From Guillardia theta CCMP2712 (taxonomy: Eukaryota > Protista > Cryptophyta), in NCBI RefSeq assembly GCF_000315625.1, contig NW_005434642.1, positions 485,869 through 549,868 of the forward strand: a stretch of 64,000 nucleotides of DNA, in the 5' to 3' direction. The notes beneath the pieces were generated by a model. It saw only the letters and a list, made by a program, of their open reading frames with translations, was not told the origin of the DNA and did no database searches. The position numbers and the translations under genes are program-made. This document shows positions 25,701 through 38,722 of the stretch, piece by piece (position 1 is the stretch's first letter; each line of letters begins with the position of its first letter).

Positions 25701-28108
25701 CATTCTGCATCTCCTCCTCCCTCCAGCCCTCTCGCTCGTTGCTCACTCCCAGCAGGAGACCAGGAGTCGCCTCAGGAAAGGAGGTCGCCGCGTCCTCGCC
25801 GACATCAAAAACCTCAGAGTCGCCATGGACGCCGCCAAGCAGGGGACGGTGAGAGAGCAGAGGGGAGGAGGAGGAGGAGGAGGAGGAGGAGGAGGAGGAG
25901 GAGACGAAAAGGGAGCACGGAGGGGAGGGAGGAAGAGAAGAGGAGGAGGAAGTTATCGTTGAGACTTTTGCGACAGAACACGCTCAAGCAGGAGCTGCTC
26001 CCTATCATGAAGTCCTTCTACCAGGTCTACCTCCTCCTCCTCCTCCTGTCCCTTGCTCTTTCCTGCTCCCTCGCCGTCCTCTCACCGCTCCTTGATGTTT
26101 TCCTGCATCCTGGCATTGAGTTAGCTTCTCACCTCCATGTCCTTCTTCTTGCTCGTCTCACACTCGTTTCAGCCCCTCAAGAAAGCTGTACAGAGAATCG
26201 AGAAGATCGAGTCTGGGTGAAAATTCCTCCCTCCTTCCTTGCCGCCTTTTCTTAATCCCTTCCATCTCTCNNNNNNNNNNNNNNNNNNNNNNNNNNNNNN
26301 NNNNNNNNNNNNNNNNNNNNNNNNNNNNNNNNNNNNNNNNNNNNNNNNNNNNNNNNNNNNNNNNNNNNNNACGAAGGGGACAGAGAAATTTTTCGAGTTC
26401 GATCGCACGTTTGGCCCCAACTCAACGCAGGAGCAGGCAAGAGGAAGAGAGGGGAGGATGGAAGGGTGGTGGAAGGAGAGAGGGGGACAAGGGGGGGATC
26501 AAGAAGTTGAAGGGGGGAGGGGAGCGAGCCTTGGGGAGTTGGGGGCCGGGGAGGGGAAGGGGGGGGGGGGGGGGGCAGAAGGGGGAGGGGGAGGAGGAGG
26601 AGGAGAAAGACTGACTGAAGGTCAGGTGTTCGAGGAGGTGGAGGCTTTGGTCACCTCCGTGCTGGACGGATACAACGTGTGCATCTTCGCGTATGGTCAG
26701 ACGGGGTCAGGAAAGACTTTTACCATGGAGGTGAGGGATGAGGAAGAGAAGGAGGGGGGAGGAGAAGCTGTGGGAAGACCAGGAGAGGCAGCGAGGAGAG
26801 GAGGGGAGAGCAAGGGGGAGGGAGAGGAAAGGATGAGGATGAGGAGGATGAGGATGAAAGGAGGGATTATTCTTTTCTAAAGTTGTTGTCAGGGATCGAA
26901 CCAGGAAAAAGGAATCAACCCAAGAACGCTTGCAAGATTGTTTGAGATGGTGCCGCCACTGTTTTTGACCTCTTCCCCTTCCCCTTCCCCTGCCCTTGCC
27001 CTTTTCTCTCCCTTCCTCCTCCCCCCTCCTCTCACTGTCTCGCCTGCAGATCGCCAACAAGAGTCAGGACTTCACCTACACCGTCGAGTTCTCCATCCTC
27101 GAGATCTACAACGAGGAGATCAAGGATCTGCTGGAGCCCGGGGGTAACAAGAAGTTGGAAGTCAGACAGGTCACTTCCATTCCCCCACCGCCTCCCCCTT
27201 ACCCTCCTACAGGGTCCCGATGGAAACTACGTACAAGATCTCTTTCTTGCTAGGGTATTTGCGTTGCCCCCTTTCCTGCTGCCATCCTCCTCCACCTCCT
27301 CCCCTATATCCTGCGCCTGCTCCTCCTGCTCCTTCCTGTCCTTCTCCTCCTCTTTCTCTGTCTCCAGTTCCTCGTCTCTTCTGATTGCTCGCAGGTCTCA
27401 TCCTATGAAGAAGTTATCAAGTTGTGGAGCAAGGCGAGGGACAACAGGTTCACCTCTCCTCCCGCCCTTCCTTCTTCCCTTCCTCCCCCCCCCCCCTTCC
27501 TCTTTCTCTTGTCTCCTTGGCTTTCTCCTCGCTCTCTCCTCTCCCTCCTTCCTTCTCTGTTCTGCTCCTCTCCTTCGCCCTCCCTCCCTCATGTCAACCG
27601 ACCCTCAAGCTCCTCCTCCCTCCATGTCCTTGTCTTCTCCTCCTCCACCACTTTCCTGCTCACTTCCTGCAGGACCACCTTCAACAACAACATCAACGAA
27701 CACTCCTCCCGCTCTCACCTTGTACTCTCCGTGTACGCACGAGGAGAAAACCGTTCGACAGGAGTTCAGTCTTACGGCAAACTCCACCTCGTTGACCTCG
27801 CTGGTATGCCCCTCCCCCCCTTCCCCCCCTCCTCCCCCGCTTCCTCGTCCTCGTCCTCCCTTCCTCCTCCTTCTCCTGCTCCTCCCTTCCTCCTCCCCCT
27901 GCTCGTCCTCCATGTCAGCCTTGTCCTCCATCATTGCTTTTTTCAGGTTCAGAGAGGTTATCTCGTACGAACGCTACCGGCGATCGCCTGAAGGAAGCAC
28001 AGGTTTCCTTCCAGCCTTCTGCTCCTCCTCCTCCTCATCATCCTTCTTCCTCCTTGCTCTGCTCCTGCTCCTCTTCCTCCCTGCACCTCTCTCTGCTCCT
28101 TTTTCTCC

Positions 28109-28140
<32 letters not shown>

Positions 28141-28626
28141 ATCTCAGAACATCAACAAGTCTCTCTCTGCCCTCGGCGACGTGATAGCAGCGGCGGCGGG
28201 CAAGCAGGGGCACATCCCCTACCGCAACTCTAAACTGACTCACGTCCTCCAAGACTCGCTCGGACAAGGTGAGACAACTGCTGATTCGCGCGTCCCTGAC
28301 ACCTCTCCTCCTCCTCCTCCTCCACCTCATCCTCCAGACTCCAAGACCCTCATGATCGTCCAAAGCTCCCCCCTCGTCCGCGACGTCGGCGAGTCCATCT
28401 GCTCTCTCCAGTTCGCCACCCGTGCAAGGTTCTCATACTCCTGCTCCTCCTTCCTGCTCATCCCATTCCTTCCTTCCTTCTCCTCCCTCCTCCTTTGCCC
28501 TCCTCCTGATCCAACTTGTAGATCCGTCGAGCTTGGCCAGGCGAAGAAGCATGTTGTTCCTGGTAAGGGTTTGGAGGAGGAGGAGGAGGAGGAGGCTGAC
28601 ATGATGCCGAAGGACGGAAGAAGTGA
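22776..28626 (+). CDS. Kinesin-14 (C-terminal motor, KIFC3/KCBP-like) with Pro-rich head and coiled coil; spans an assembly gap; start uncertain
   Basis: [88 protein letters not shown] and [18 protein letters not shown]. Coiled-coil exons lie upstream of the motor. Confidence 0.9.
26271..26370. other. Assembly gap (N run)
   Basis: Run of n. Confidence 1.
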
Positions 28627-28699
28627 AAAACACGCTGCGAGCTGGTCGGTAGCTAGAAAGTTCCTCAACAAAACAAACAAACAAAACAATAAATTATTT

Positions 28700-31600
28700 T
28701 TTCCTCCGCCGTTCTTCTCCATTGCTCTTTCCTCGTCTTCATCTCTCCTTTCATCTTCTTCATGTACAAGTTTCGCATCACTCGTCTGCCTTCATCGCGG
28801 CATTCGAGGAAGCATGATCTACTCAGCGTCAGCTCCCTCCCCCCCACTCTCCACAACTTCTCTTACCGCTGCCCATCAACTTCACCATCGTTGTCGACAT
28901 GTCCGAGCTCTCCATCTTTGCGCTACTGGCCAGTCGCTTCATTGCATCGGCCAGCGGAGTGTGAAACCCGATCTTGCCGCACCTGAAGTCAAGCACCAGG
29001 ATCAGGGTGAGCGAGGACGAGGAGGGAAGGGGGAAGTTGACAAGTGAAGGTTGAAGAGCAGAGGGTGACATGGGAAGGCAGGCAGGCAGTGAGAGTGGAA
29101 GGAAGCAGGGAGAGCGGGAGGGGAGGAACCAAGGAAGGAGGAAGGAAAGGGAGTGGGGGAGAGGGAGAGAGAGAGGGAGAAGGTGGGGGGAGAGGGAGAG
29201 GGAGAGGGAGAGGGAGGGGGAGGGGGACGGGGGATGAGAGACAAGGCATGAGGTTTCAGCATCACTTAAGAAGAGTCTCCGTGTCGACGTCTGGGTCTGA
29301 GGCGAGCAATTCCTTCTGTCGCATAGAAATGAGATGGAGGCAACAAGCAGACATGTCAGGACTACCAACACTTGCCGTAGCTCCTCGTGAAGCACCTCCT
29401 TCTCCTCCTTCTCCTCCTCCACTTGATCTTTAGTGGCTACATCGAGTAGTTGCAGGAAGGAGACAAGCACCCCACAGCAGACTTTTGCAATAGAGGATGT
29501 CTTGACAACCAAGGCGCACGAGCTTGTCCTCAAGGATTGAAGTTTCGATGCATCTCCGGTTGTGTTCGATTCATTTGTATGCTGCAGCACGATTACCGCT
29601 GTATGTCACACTGCTCCACTCCTGCACCTTCGATATGTGCCCGTGCAATCTTCTCGCTATCACCGTCAACCTCCTGCCCTCCTCCAACTGCGAAACTATC
29701 AGCACCTTTGTTGCACTCCAAGCATCAATCGAGTGCCTGAAGGATCAGCGAAGATGGCGGGACATACAAGGACAAGAGCTGATCGAATTTCTTTGTATCT
29801 GCCTGATCTGAAGTTCCAAAAGTAGCAAAACATCATCAAATAGGAAACAATAACAGCGAAATAAAGATTGCCTGTCGCAATTGTGTTCAACATATACTCT
29901 AACACCATCAACCTCGCTGGATTGCATTCTCCTGTACCTCGTTATCACTGACGATGTCCAGGGTCAAAGACTGTTAAGGGAATACCAACGGTTTTGACGA
30001 AGATTTCCTCAAAGTCCTCTGGATCACCTTCTTCTCTGCATTTCTTTGGGATCAGGAAAGTTCAAAGTCATCAATCATGGTGCACCTTATGATGTCGTCT
30101 ACTAGACTGACCAAGAGTGACGGATAAAATTCATTCAAGATCTTCTGACATTCCTTGTCAACCTGTGTCGAAGTTCTCAGCTTCGCGAAACTGCGTGCAT
30201 TGAATCAAACAGGACCGGGGAAGCTTTATCGCCCTTCTTGGTCAAGTGAGGGAGACTGATGCTCGGGAGGGTGTGCAGCTCATCATTTGTGGACAGACAA
30301 ATAAATCTCGTTGCCAACCGAAGCACCTAGAACGATCATAAGTCCTTCCCATCGGAGGAAGCATCTTGAATCCTGCCCCTGCCCCTGCCCCTGCCCCTGC
30401 CCCTGTCCTCCTGCCTTTCCTGTTTCTTGGGCTCTCTGATCTTTCATGGATGTTGCTCTCTTGTTCGACGAATTACCTTGTCGTCCTTTGGAATGCCTTC
30501 TTCCTCAGCAACTCGCTTGCAAGCAGTCATGATGGTATTGGAGAGGAGGCATGAGAATTCAGGAGTCTAAGCAACAAATGACTATCAGCTAGAGCAGACC
30601 AGAAGGAAGATTTCCAAAGAGAATAAAAATCTCACTCGTAGCAACATGGAGGCCAGCAACGGATCTGAACGCTCGATCAAAGGCTCCATGTCACTCATCA
30701 ACTTCAAAACGTCCTTCCAGAAGCAGTCATACTATCTCTTCTTCCAATCCAAGGGGACACCTTTTCTTTGCTCGAATTTGAAATCAGATTGCAAAGGCGG
30801 AAAGTAGCATCTGGGAGGCTGCTTAAAACACCATACGGAACATGCCCACACAATACCAGTCTCTGCGACATGCCTGACTCCGGACTCGTGGACTGCTAAT
30901 GGAAGGTGAAGACGCAATGTAGACCTGTTAGCAACAATCAATTTGCCATCATAGAAACGAAGCGCTCTATACAAATAAGAGGTTAACGGGTTTGTGCGAT
31001 ACTCGACTTCAATAATCTTCAATGCCTACATATATGTTCAGAAGATCTCAACATCACTATCTTCACCTCCCACCTGTGTATATAATTCTTGGAAATCCCC
31101 AAGGATGGCGACCATCTCTTGCAAAACCTTGCTTGCAGCTCTTGCTTTCTTCTGATTTGTGCTAACGTTTGATAATCCATTCACCACGCCCAGAGTCTAT
31201 GTAGATTCGGCAATCAAGATGAAATTTGTGTTAGGTTTGCAACACCTTTGATTGCATGCGATATGAATTTAGAAGTCCATTGAATTCTTTACGAAACAGT
31301 GCTTTGTCCGGTTCATTGGCCCACACCTACTCATTCCATGCATCAAACATGTACTACACTTCGTTTTCACGACCTGTCGCCTTACTGACAACGGCAATTC
31401 TTTCACCAGGTCTGGACTCTGTGCTAGAGTGACCAGATATGACACGGGCACTTTGTTCAAATTCGAGAAAAGTGTCTGGACCGCAAGCGTCAGCCTCCCC
31501 TCCCCTCTCCCCTCCTCATCAACACAATAGAGTACCAGAGGGATATCCCTGAGCTCTGGAATGGATATGTAGGGAAAGCACTTCTCAAGCAGGGCAAGCT

Positions 31601-32071
31601 TCTTCTCTGTCGACATGCTCTCAACTTTCGAGAGCAGTCGATCTTTCAGCCGAGTAAGAATTTCCTTGTGCTGCTCGGCGCTGCAACAACAAGATTCAAA
31701 CGAGAAACAAGATTCAAACGAGAAACAAGATTCAAAAGAGAAACAAGATTCAAAGGAGAAACAAGATTCAAACGAGAAACAAGATTCAAAGGAGAAACAA
31801 GATTCAAAGGAGAAACAAGATTCAAACGAGAAACAAGATTCAAAGGAGAGACGTCTGAGTACACAGCGACATGCAACCATCCTCATGGGACCCACCGGGA
31901 GATACCCATGAGATCCAGCCATTCCTGAGCAGGAGAGCAGGAGGGAGTTTGCAGTGAATTCTCTGAAACGAAGTTCTTGATGGCCGTCCTTGGATCCTTC
32001 GCTGTTGCCAGGCATTCTCTCAACGCATTTCCGCCCTGTACACCCACCGGGCGAAGGTCCTTCCCTTGCAT
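28700..32071 (-). CDS. NELFB: Negative elongation factor B (NELF-B/COBRA1) homologue, multi-exon; 3' end approximate
   Basis: [89 protein letters not shown] is colinear with the remembered NELF-B N-terminus. Confidence 0.82.
31688..31849. repeat. 18-bp minisatellite, 9 copies of AACAAGATTCAAA(C/A/G)GAGA, inside a NELF-B intron
   Basis: Nine contiguous units differing at one position. Confidence 0.95.
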
Positions 32072-32439
32072 GGCAAACTCTTGCAACGATCCAACGCAAT
32101 TATCCTAACAAAACCGAGGATCAGATCAGACTACATAAAGGCATTCTAGGAGACAAGACCAAAACGTACACCACCACAAAGATCTCTCAATCTCCCCATC
32201 CCCACCTGGTTTCCACCTTTGTTACTTCTCCTCCCCCCTTGCCTCCTGCCTTCCTCTACAGACCGCTGACTCTACCATCCCAGCTTCTCTTCAGTCTTTC
32301 TCGCGTCCTGCCATCTCCTACATCCTTTTCTCGTTCCACATCTGCCGCTCATCGCCCGTCGCCATCACCCCCCGCCTCCCGGCTATGCTCAAGTTTCATC
32401 GTGGAATGCGCGGGAAATGAAAACCCCTCATCCCCACTC

Positions 32440-33450
32440 CTCCTAGCACTGAGAACTGAATCGGACTACAGCGGCGGCGCGGCGGCCCGGTGACTCAGGG
32501 CCGAGTGGGCATTCCGACTCCGGACCCGGCGCCGGGCGTCCGACCGTGGCCCCCCGGGAGTACGAGCCCGGTCACCGTCTTGCCAGTGCGGACGGTGTCG
32601 GATTTTTTACTCAAAGTTAAGTTAAAAATCAGTACGAGGACCAATCAGGAGAGTCGAGGAGGCTTGACCCTGACACTGTCGCACAGGCCAAACGGCGAGA
32701 AGAGAAAAGACAGCGAGAACCAAACCTAAACCTGCCGATCGGACTCTGTGATCACTCTGAGGGGGGTCCGGCCCGGCCGGGCTGGCGCGGACTGAGTCGG
32801 CCCGGACGGTCGGGCCCGCCCGGGCACTCAGCCGGCCTGCCAGTGCGAACCGTAACTTGATTACGAGCAACGAGCCTCTAAGAGGCCTTCTCTTTTACTC
32901 AAAGTTAAGTTAAAAAATGAATGACTCACCTCAGTACTGGCAAAGATACGCTGGGTGACGGACGACTCGCCGCCCGGCTCAGCGCCATTGAGGGGGTGGG
33001 TTGTTAGTAAAGCCTATCACTGCTCAGGGGTGGGGGTGGTACCGGGTTCGTAGGTGTCTGTAAGGCTTCCGTGTATTCGGAGATGGTTGGCATGGCGAAG
33101 GGGTGGGGGGGTGGGGAGGGGTCAGTCCTTAGCATCAGAGGAGTCACTGTTGGGGCATTAATGAAGGGTGGGTGGTACTACCCACCCTCGTTATTTACAT
33201 ATGTTGACAAGAGAGTCAAAGCCTTCAAGCCAGGGGGTTACCTTGATCGCATCCTAAGGGGGGGGTAGTCTAACCCTCGGCTCGAACGCCCATGGTGGTA
33301 ATTGCGAGGATATGTTGGGGGTGGAGGACGGAAATTCAAGGGGGTGGTCATATCCCGAAGGCAGAACTCGGGAGGGGTGGGGGGGGTGGAGATCCCTCTG
33401 CATGGCTGGGGAAGAGGGGGGTGGAGGTCATCGCATACTGACTCGGGGCG
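32440..33450. promoter_or_regulatory. GC island with two copies of the TTTTACTCAAAGTTAAGTTAAAAA motif, plus a G-rich block, between divergent NELF-B and alpha-kinase
   Basis: Motif at 32605-32628 and 32893-32916; GGGGTGG/GGGGTA-rich 32990-33430. Confidence 0.5.
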
Positions 33451-33480
33451 CGGCGCGCGTGGGCAATGCGGCGGCACAGT

Positions 33481-35454
33481 ATGAGCGAAGTGGGAGGGGG
33501 AAGAGGCGCGGTGCCCCCCCAGGCGCTCATGAGCAAGATCAGGATAAGCCCCTCGGAAGATGCTCCCGTTGCAAGCGGAAGGGCAGGCGATGACGTTGAA
33601 TGGGGTCAACCAGAGAAGGCGATTCGATACACCTATGACGAAGAGCTGGAGGAGTGGGAGACACGGAGAGTATACATCATTCTGTCAGAGAAGCCCTTTG
33701 CCAAGGGTGGAGCGAGGGTTTGTTACAAAGCAAGACAGCTTCACCGTGATGGCACCACAACGCTTTCGGTACGCATGACTGCTTGTTGCACCTCAATGTA
33801 GGGTCGTAAGCAGAAGACTTGTTTCTGGTCTTGATTTTCCTAATTCTTGATCTTGATCTTGTCTTGATCTTCCATGTGTCGTTGTTTTGACTATGATATC
33901 ATCCCCATTGGAATGTCCATACATGGTCGTAAACGATGCGTCTTCGCAGGTCGCGAAAATGTTTATGAAGGACCATCTTCCGGAAGATTATTTCAACGAA
34001 TGCATGATTCAGGTCAGACAGCTGCCTATCGCTGAATGTCAAATCTTTGCCAACGACTAACACCGTTTGCACAGTTGCTGGCAAGGTCCTATGCTAAGAC
34101 TTTCAATGAACTTGGATTGCAGAGGCAATTACAGTTCTTGCCGGTTGGTGTGTTCAAGCTCAGTGAAAGGGGTGGGGCACTGGTGAACATAGAGCCGATG
34201 CTTGAGGGAGACTATGTGAAGCACAATGACAATGACGGGCATGTCGATACGAATGACATGTATCCACAAGTAATTTGTTTAAACTTTGATCAACATGAGC
34301 TGATCTTCTTTCTTTACAGGCCTTCAGCCATTACACGTGGGAAGCAAGTGGAAAAAAAGTGATTAATCATTTGCGTCATCTATCAGTTGTTTGACAATCT
34401 CTTGATTTCGCAGTTATTAATTTGCGACATTCAAGGAGTTGGTGATTATTACACAGATCCTCAAATTCATTCCATTGATGGTACGGAGTTCGCTGCTTAT
34501 TTGTTGTCTACCCTTTGATAGTTTTACAAGGGGAAGGGTTTGGAAGTGGAAATATGGGCCCAGAAGGAATTCGACGTTTCTTTTTGACTCACAAGTAGGC
34601 ATTGTTTCTTTCTTGATTGATACTCATTCTGCGCAATAGGTGTAACAAAGTTTGTAAGTGGCTAGAGCTCGAACCTGTCAGCGACCCGCTCAAGAAGAGA
34701 GAAGAAAAGTCCAAATACAACATTCAAGAAAATTCCAAGTCCGATGGCTCAAAGAAGCCAGCGAAGTAAGCTTCTCAACATCGCCAAGTCACGTCTGAAA
34801 TTCTTGCAGGTTGTGGTCATCTGGTGCTTCATATGCAGGTGCAATCATGCGGGCTATCAAGGTTCATTTCCTTTTACCGTCTTGTTCTCTGTGATATTCA
34901 TTCTCGCAGTCCGCTGCTGCTCCTATGAGCCCTCGTGGCCGATCTCAGAGCCCAGAGGCGAGAGCCAGACCTGGTGACCATTCTCCACCCGGCTCGCCTC
35001 TTGGAAGAGAAGTGCGACTTCAGACGATTGAAGATGAACATGCAGAGGTGACATAATTGCTGAGGACGTTGCGTGTTTTCATTTTTTTGCTGCCTAGGAG
35101 GAGCATTCGGCTGCTGCCCCTGTCAAGTTTGATAGAAAGTATGTCTACTCTGATCTCGTCGTTGTGGACATGCATTCGATTGCCAATAATCCTATTTGCA
35201 GGAAATCTCGATCTGCAATGATGGGTAGACGTCCGGCTGTTCCCGGAACGATGATGACACATCGAGATGAAGATGATCAAGCAAATCATCATGCTGCATC
35301 TCTGCGATCTATGCCTGACACGTCCCGCAAATATTCAGAGGATTCAAGTGGCATTCTCAGACACAGTGCAGATTCGACCGATGGCGATGCTGCTCGCGGG
35401 GGCCGGCAACCGCAAAGATTAGTCAGGAGTAATTCCATCTCTGAGCGCAAATGA
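33481..35454 (+). CDS. Alpha-type protein kinase (eEF2K/myosin heavy chain kinase family), multi-exon
   Basis: KPFAKGGARVCYK, VAK, IEPMLEGDYVKHNDNDG, PQAFSHYTWE, LICDIQGV, YTDPQIHS and GNMGPEGIRRFFLTHKCNKVC. Confidence 0.93.
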
Positions 35455-35519
35455 ATTCAGCATTCTTCTTGGCCTGGCCCTCGTCATTTTTTTTGAAGCT
35501 TTGACTTTTCAAAACTTGA

Positions 35520-35710
35520 ACGCTCTAACGCAGCCCAGCCACGCCGGCCCGGGGGGCCGCCGGCCGCTGCAAGGGCATCCGTCAGGCCCGGTCACCGCGC
35601 CCGGCGCACTGATCGGACTTTGAGTAAAATGATCGGACCGTATCGGACGCCGGCCGCCGGAGTCAATTTTCATTCGGGGCCCCGGTGACGGACTGGACTC
35701 CGTGCTCGCC
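35520..35710. promoter_or_regulatory. Small GC island with a partial inverted copy of the dispersed motif
   Basis: CCGG-rich; ACTTTGAGTAAAA at 35617-35629. Confidence 0.4.
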
Positions 35711-36412
35711 TCAGTATCAAAGTTGTGGGAAAACCCGATGAAATGCCCGTGTAGGTGAAGCTGATGGCGAGCGAAGCGATGGGAAGGAGAGGATGAAGAG
35801 GAGGAGGAGGAGGAGGGGACGGGGAGGGAGAGACAGAATTAGGAGGAGGTTGAGGAGGAGGAGGAGTGGGGACTTCAAGCTCCATCCACCCCATTCATTG
35901 TTCCTATGTTGATTTCTTGCCGATGATGGTTGGAAATTCAATCCGGGAGATATTTCTGCACTTGTCAGAATTCATGTTCTCGTCTCCGGGCGATGAGTGA
36001 AACTGCTTCTGTTTTCAGAGTAAAAGTCGATTGGGGGGATCGTAAGGGGTTTTTGTGAATTGATGAGTCATAGGAGGATGCAAATTCATGTGAGCTAGGA
36101 GATTTTCTCTCGTTTTAACTTTCAAATGTGTGATACGATCTTTGGTTGTCCTTGTCAGCAGAAGCTGAACAATCTGTAGATGATCCTCATGTTTGAAGCA
36201 GAAGTGGATCCATCCATCGCAGTCATTGTTCCATGAACTAGACATCGACTCTTGAAGCCTTAGCATCTCTTCTCCAAACATCCATCTCTCAAGATGTTAG
36301 TTTGAACTTCCTTGCAGGTCGTAGGCAAAAGTCATTCTTGAGCAGCAACGATTTTCGACATTTTCGCTATACTGTACCGGCCGCTTGGATCGAGAAAGAT
36401 CACGAGAGGATT

Positions 36413-36880
36413 ATGAAACTTTTCAAGAGGATAGCCAAGGTTGCGACCAAGTCCAAGAAGGACAACACAGATGTCGTAGCTCCACTAGCAAAGCCAGCAA
36501 GTGAGCAAGATACTAAGGTTATCGCGAAACCATTGCCTTCCGGTGTGGTCGCAAGCGCGGTTGTGCAAGATGAAGAAACGAGACAAGATCCATCGGTGCA
36601 GCAAGGTGAGCAAGCGCCGAAGGTTCGGGAGGATGTAGATGTACCCACGAGCAGACAAGCCACACCAGCATCGACAACCAAACAGGACTTGACTGAAGAG
36701 CTTGAGCAGCTCAAGCAAAGAAACTTAGAGCTAAAACAGAAAAACAAGTTCTTGATCAACCTGGTATTTCTCAGCTTAATGCAAGCAGCCTTACTGACGA
36801 TTTGACAGCTTGCAGTCTCAGAGTTGGATGAAGAGACATTAAGGAATGAACTGAAGCAGCTCCAAGGAGTGAAATCGTGA
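36413..36880 (+). CDS. Hypothetical protein with C-terminal coiled coil (2 exons)
   Basis: MKLFKRIAKVATK...LTEELEQLKQRNLELKQKNKFLINL, intron ~36764-36808, then LAVSELDEETLRNELKQLQGVKS*. Confidence 0.65.
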
Positions 36881-37033
36881 AATTCTGATCCGCAAAAGAC
36901 CTCGTGTGCACACCGCAATTGTATTAATAAGGAAGAGAAGATCAATGGTTAGTCTTGCTTCTTGATGACGCATCTTAGATGTAAATTACAACTACACATT
37001 CCGCACTTCTTTGACGTCCTTGTCTCATCCGCT

Positions 37034-37708
37034 TCACGACCAGCTGAGGATGTTTCCGCTGCTCTTTCCTCCAGGAGCATGGTGCACCTTGACACTGGAG
37101 GCTCCGGTGTCACCGAAGCCCTTGGCGGGCTGCACGTTGGTGGCCTTGTTCTCAACTCCACACCCGATGCGGTTGTCAACGAACTCTCCCTTCCTTGCCG
37201 CACGAGCAGCAGGTGCCGCTGGCTCACTGGCCACAGACGAAGCGTTGGGGTCACGCTTCTTGATGGGAGCCTGGCGCCAAGATAAGCTCGATGCTTACAA
37301 CCTCATCCTCCACTCACCGGAGCGGAATCATCTCCCCAGCCAAAGCTAGTGCCCATCGCGTTTCCTCCGCCAGGAGGAGCATGGAGGCGAGTGGAAGAGC
37401 GACCACTGCTGTGGTCGTGAATCAAATGTGCCTGGTTGATCTAGACGAGCGTGTCAGGTATGAGAAACATATAATGAAAGAGACATGGCAGAGTAACTAT
37501 GTCTTCACAAACATGACAACGGAAGAGAATGGTGGTTGTGGTGGTGTTGGAAGGGTGATGATAATGAGAGATAGAAAGGAGAAGGGAGAGAAGGGAGGGA
37601 GGGAGTTAGAGGAATGAAGGAAGAGGAGGAAGTAGTTAGAGGAAGGAAGGAAGATGAGGATCATATCTCAAGGAGGAGAGCAGGACGTGTCGGATGTACC
37701 GATGCCAT
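37034..37708 (-). CDS. Small PGG-repeat protein, SPIRAL1/Jupiter(HN1)-like (3 exons)
   Basis: Spliced reading MAS-INQAHLIHDHSSGRSSTRLHAPPGGGNAMG...-APIKKRDPN...SSVKVHHAPGGKSSGNILSWS*, giving two ST/SVx(L/V)HxxPGG repeats. Confidence 0.7.
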
Positions 37709-38134
37709 GAACGCGAACTAGCAGAATATCGTCGCTTGTCCGGTTTTGTAGGGTTTGAGCAGGGGAGAGTCGAGCTTTTCCGGGGAGAAAATAATTTAGA
37801 GATCACTGATATAGTTTATGAAATATATTTTGGAATTTTGAATATTAGCAGTAATATTTGAATATATATTGATAGATTCGTATATTGGAACCCTTTCATG
37901 GGAATATCACCTAAATCATTTGAACTATACCGGTGCAGGGCTTTGTCTCGCTCATCATTTTTGAAGTACCGGTATTTTACATGTGAATTCAGTAGGTACT
38001 GGTAGTCAATTTTAGTTTCTGGTACCCCCCTGTGGTTGCAGAAAGTTAACCAACGGCAGTCTCATATTTGAACGAGAGCATACCACATCCCCGCTCAGCC
38101 ACCTTTTTACACGCCTTTTCAAAAACGTTCCTTT

Positions 38135-38500
38135 TCGGCGGCCCGGCCTGGACTATCATCAGTACTAGCGACTGATGTGAAAGATCGTCCGGGTTAAAAA
38201 AAGAACTTGCTTGAAACCCGGCCCTGACCCGCCCCCCCGGCCCGGGCCCACTGGGCCAGGGGGTGCGATGGCCGCCGCCCGGGCCGCTGCTCACTGCGGC
38301 CCCGCTGGAAACCGTTGAACATTCAAGTTACTGATAATGACTCACGGTGATGCGGCAGTGCGGCGCCGCGGTGACCGCTACTCGGCGCCGGGACTGTCGG
38401 CCCGGCGGCCACTGACTTCACAGAGTTAAAAACTTGCAGTGAGTTGCAGTTACGGTGAATCATTGCGGCTCAGTCATGTGAGGACTCAGGACTTGAAGAG
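38135..38500. promoter_or_regulatory. GC island upstream of the PGG-repeat gene
   Basis: CCGGCCCGG palindromes; TGACTCA at 38338. Confidence 0.4.
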
Positions 38501-38722
38501 TCGCTGTTGGATGTCCAACGGTATTAGTAATGTGATTGTTGACGTGACTTCAAGCCGTCCGTCACTAGGTCATGTTTTTCTTGGTGGTTGTCAGTGATAC
38601 AGTAAGTTTGCAGCTGTTTCTGCACTTGTGGCATGTAGCACAAGAAACGACCGTTTGCAGCAAGATTTTTCAATTCAAACTGACAAAAGAAGCTCTGGGG
38701 GACGGAGGAGGAGGAGGAGGAG

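Noticed and set aside
24955-28233. Pro/Ser/Leu- and Gly/Arg/Glu-rich ORFs
   Set aside because: Read-through of low-complexity CT/GA introns of the kinesin gene.
31688-31849. Possible CRISPR array
   Set aside because: Units are contiguous with no unique spacers, the context is a eukaryotic intron, and there are no cas genes.
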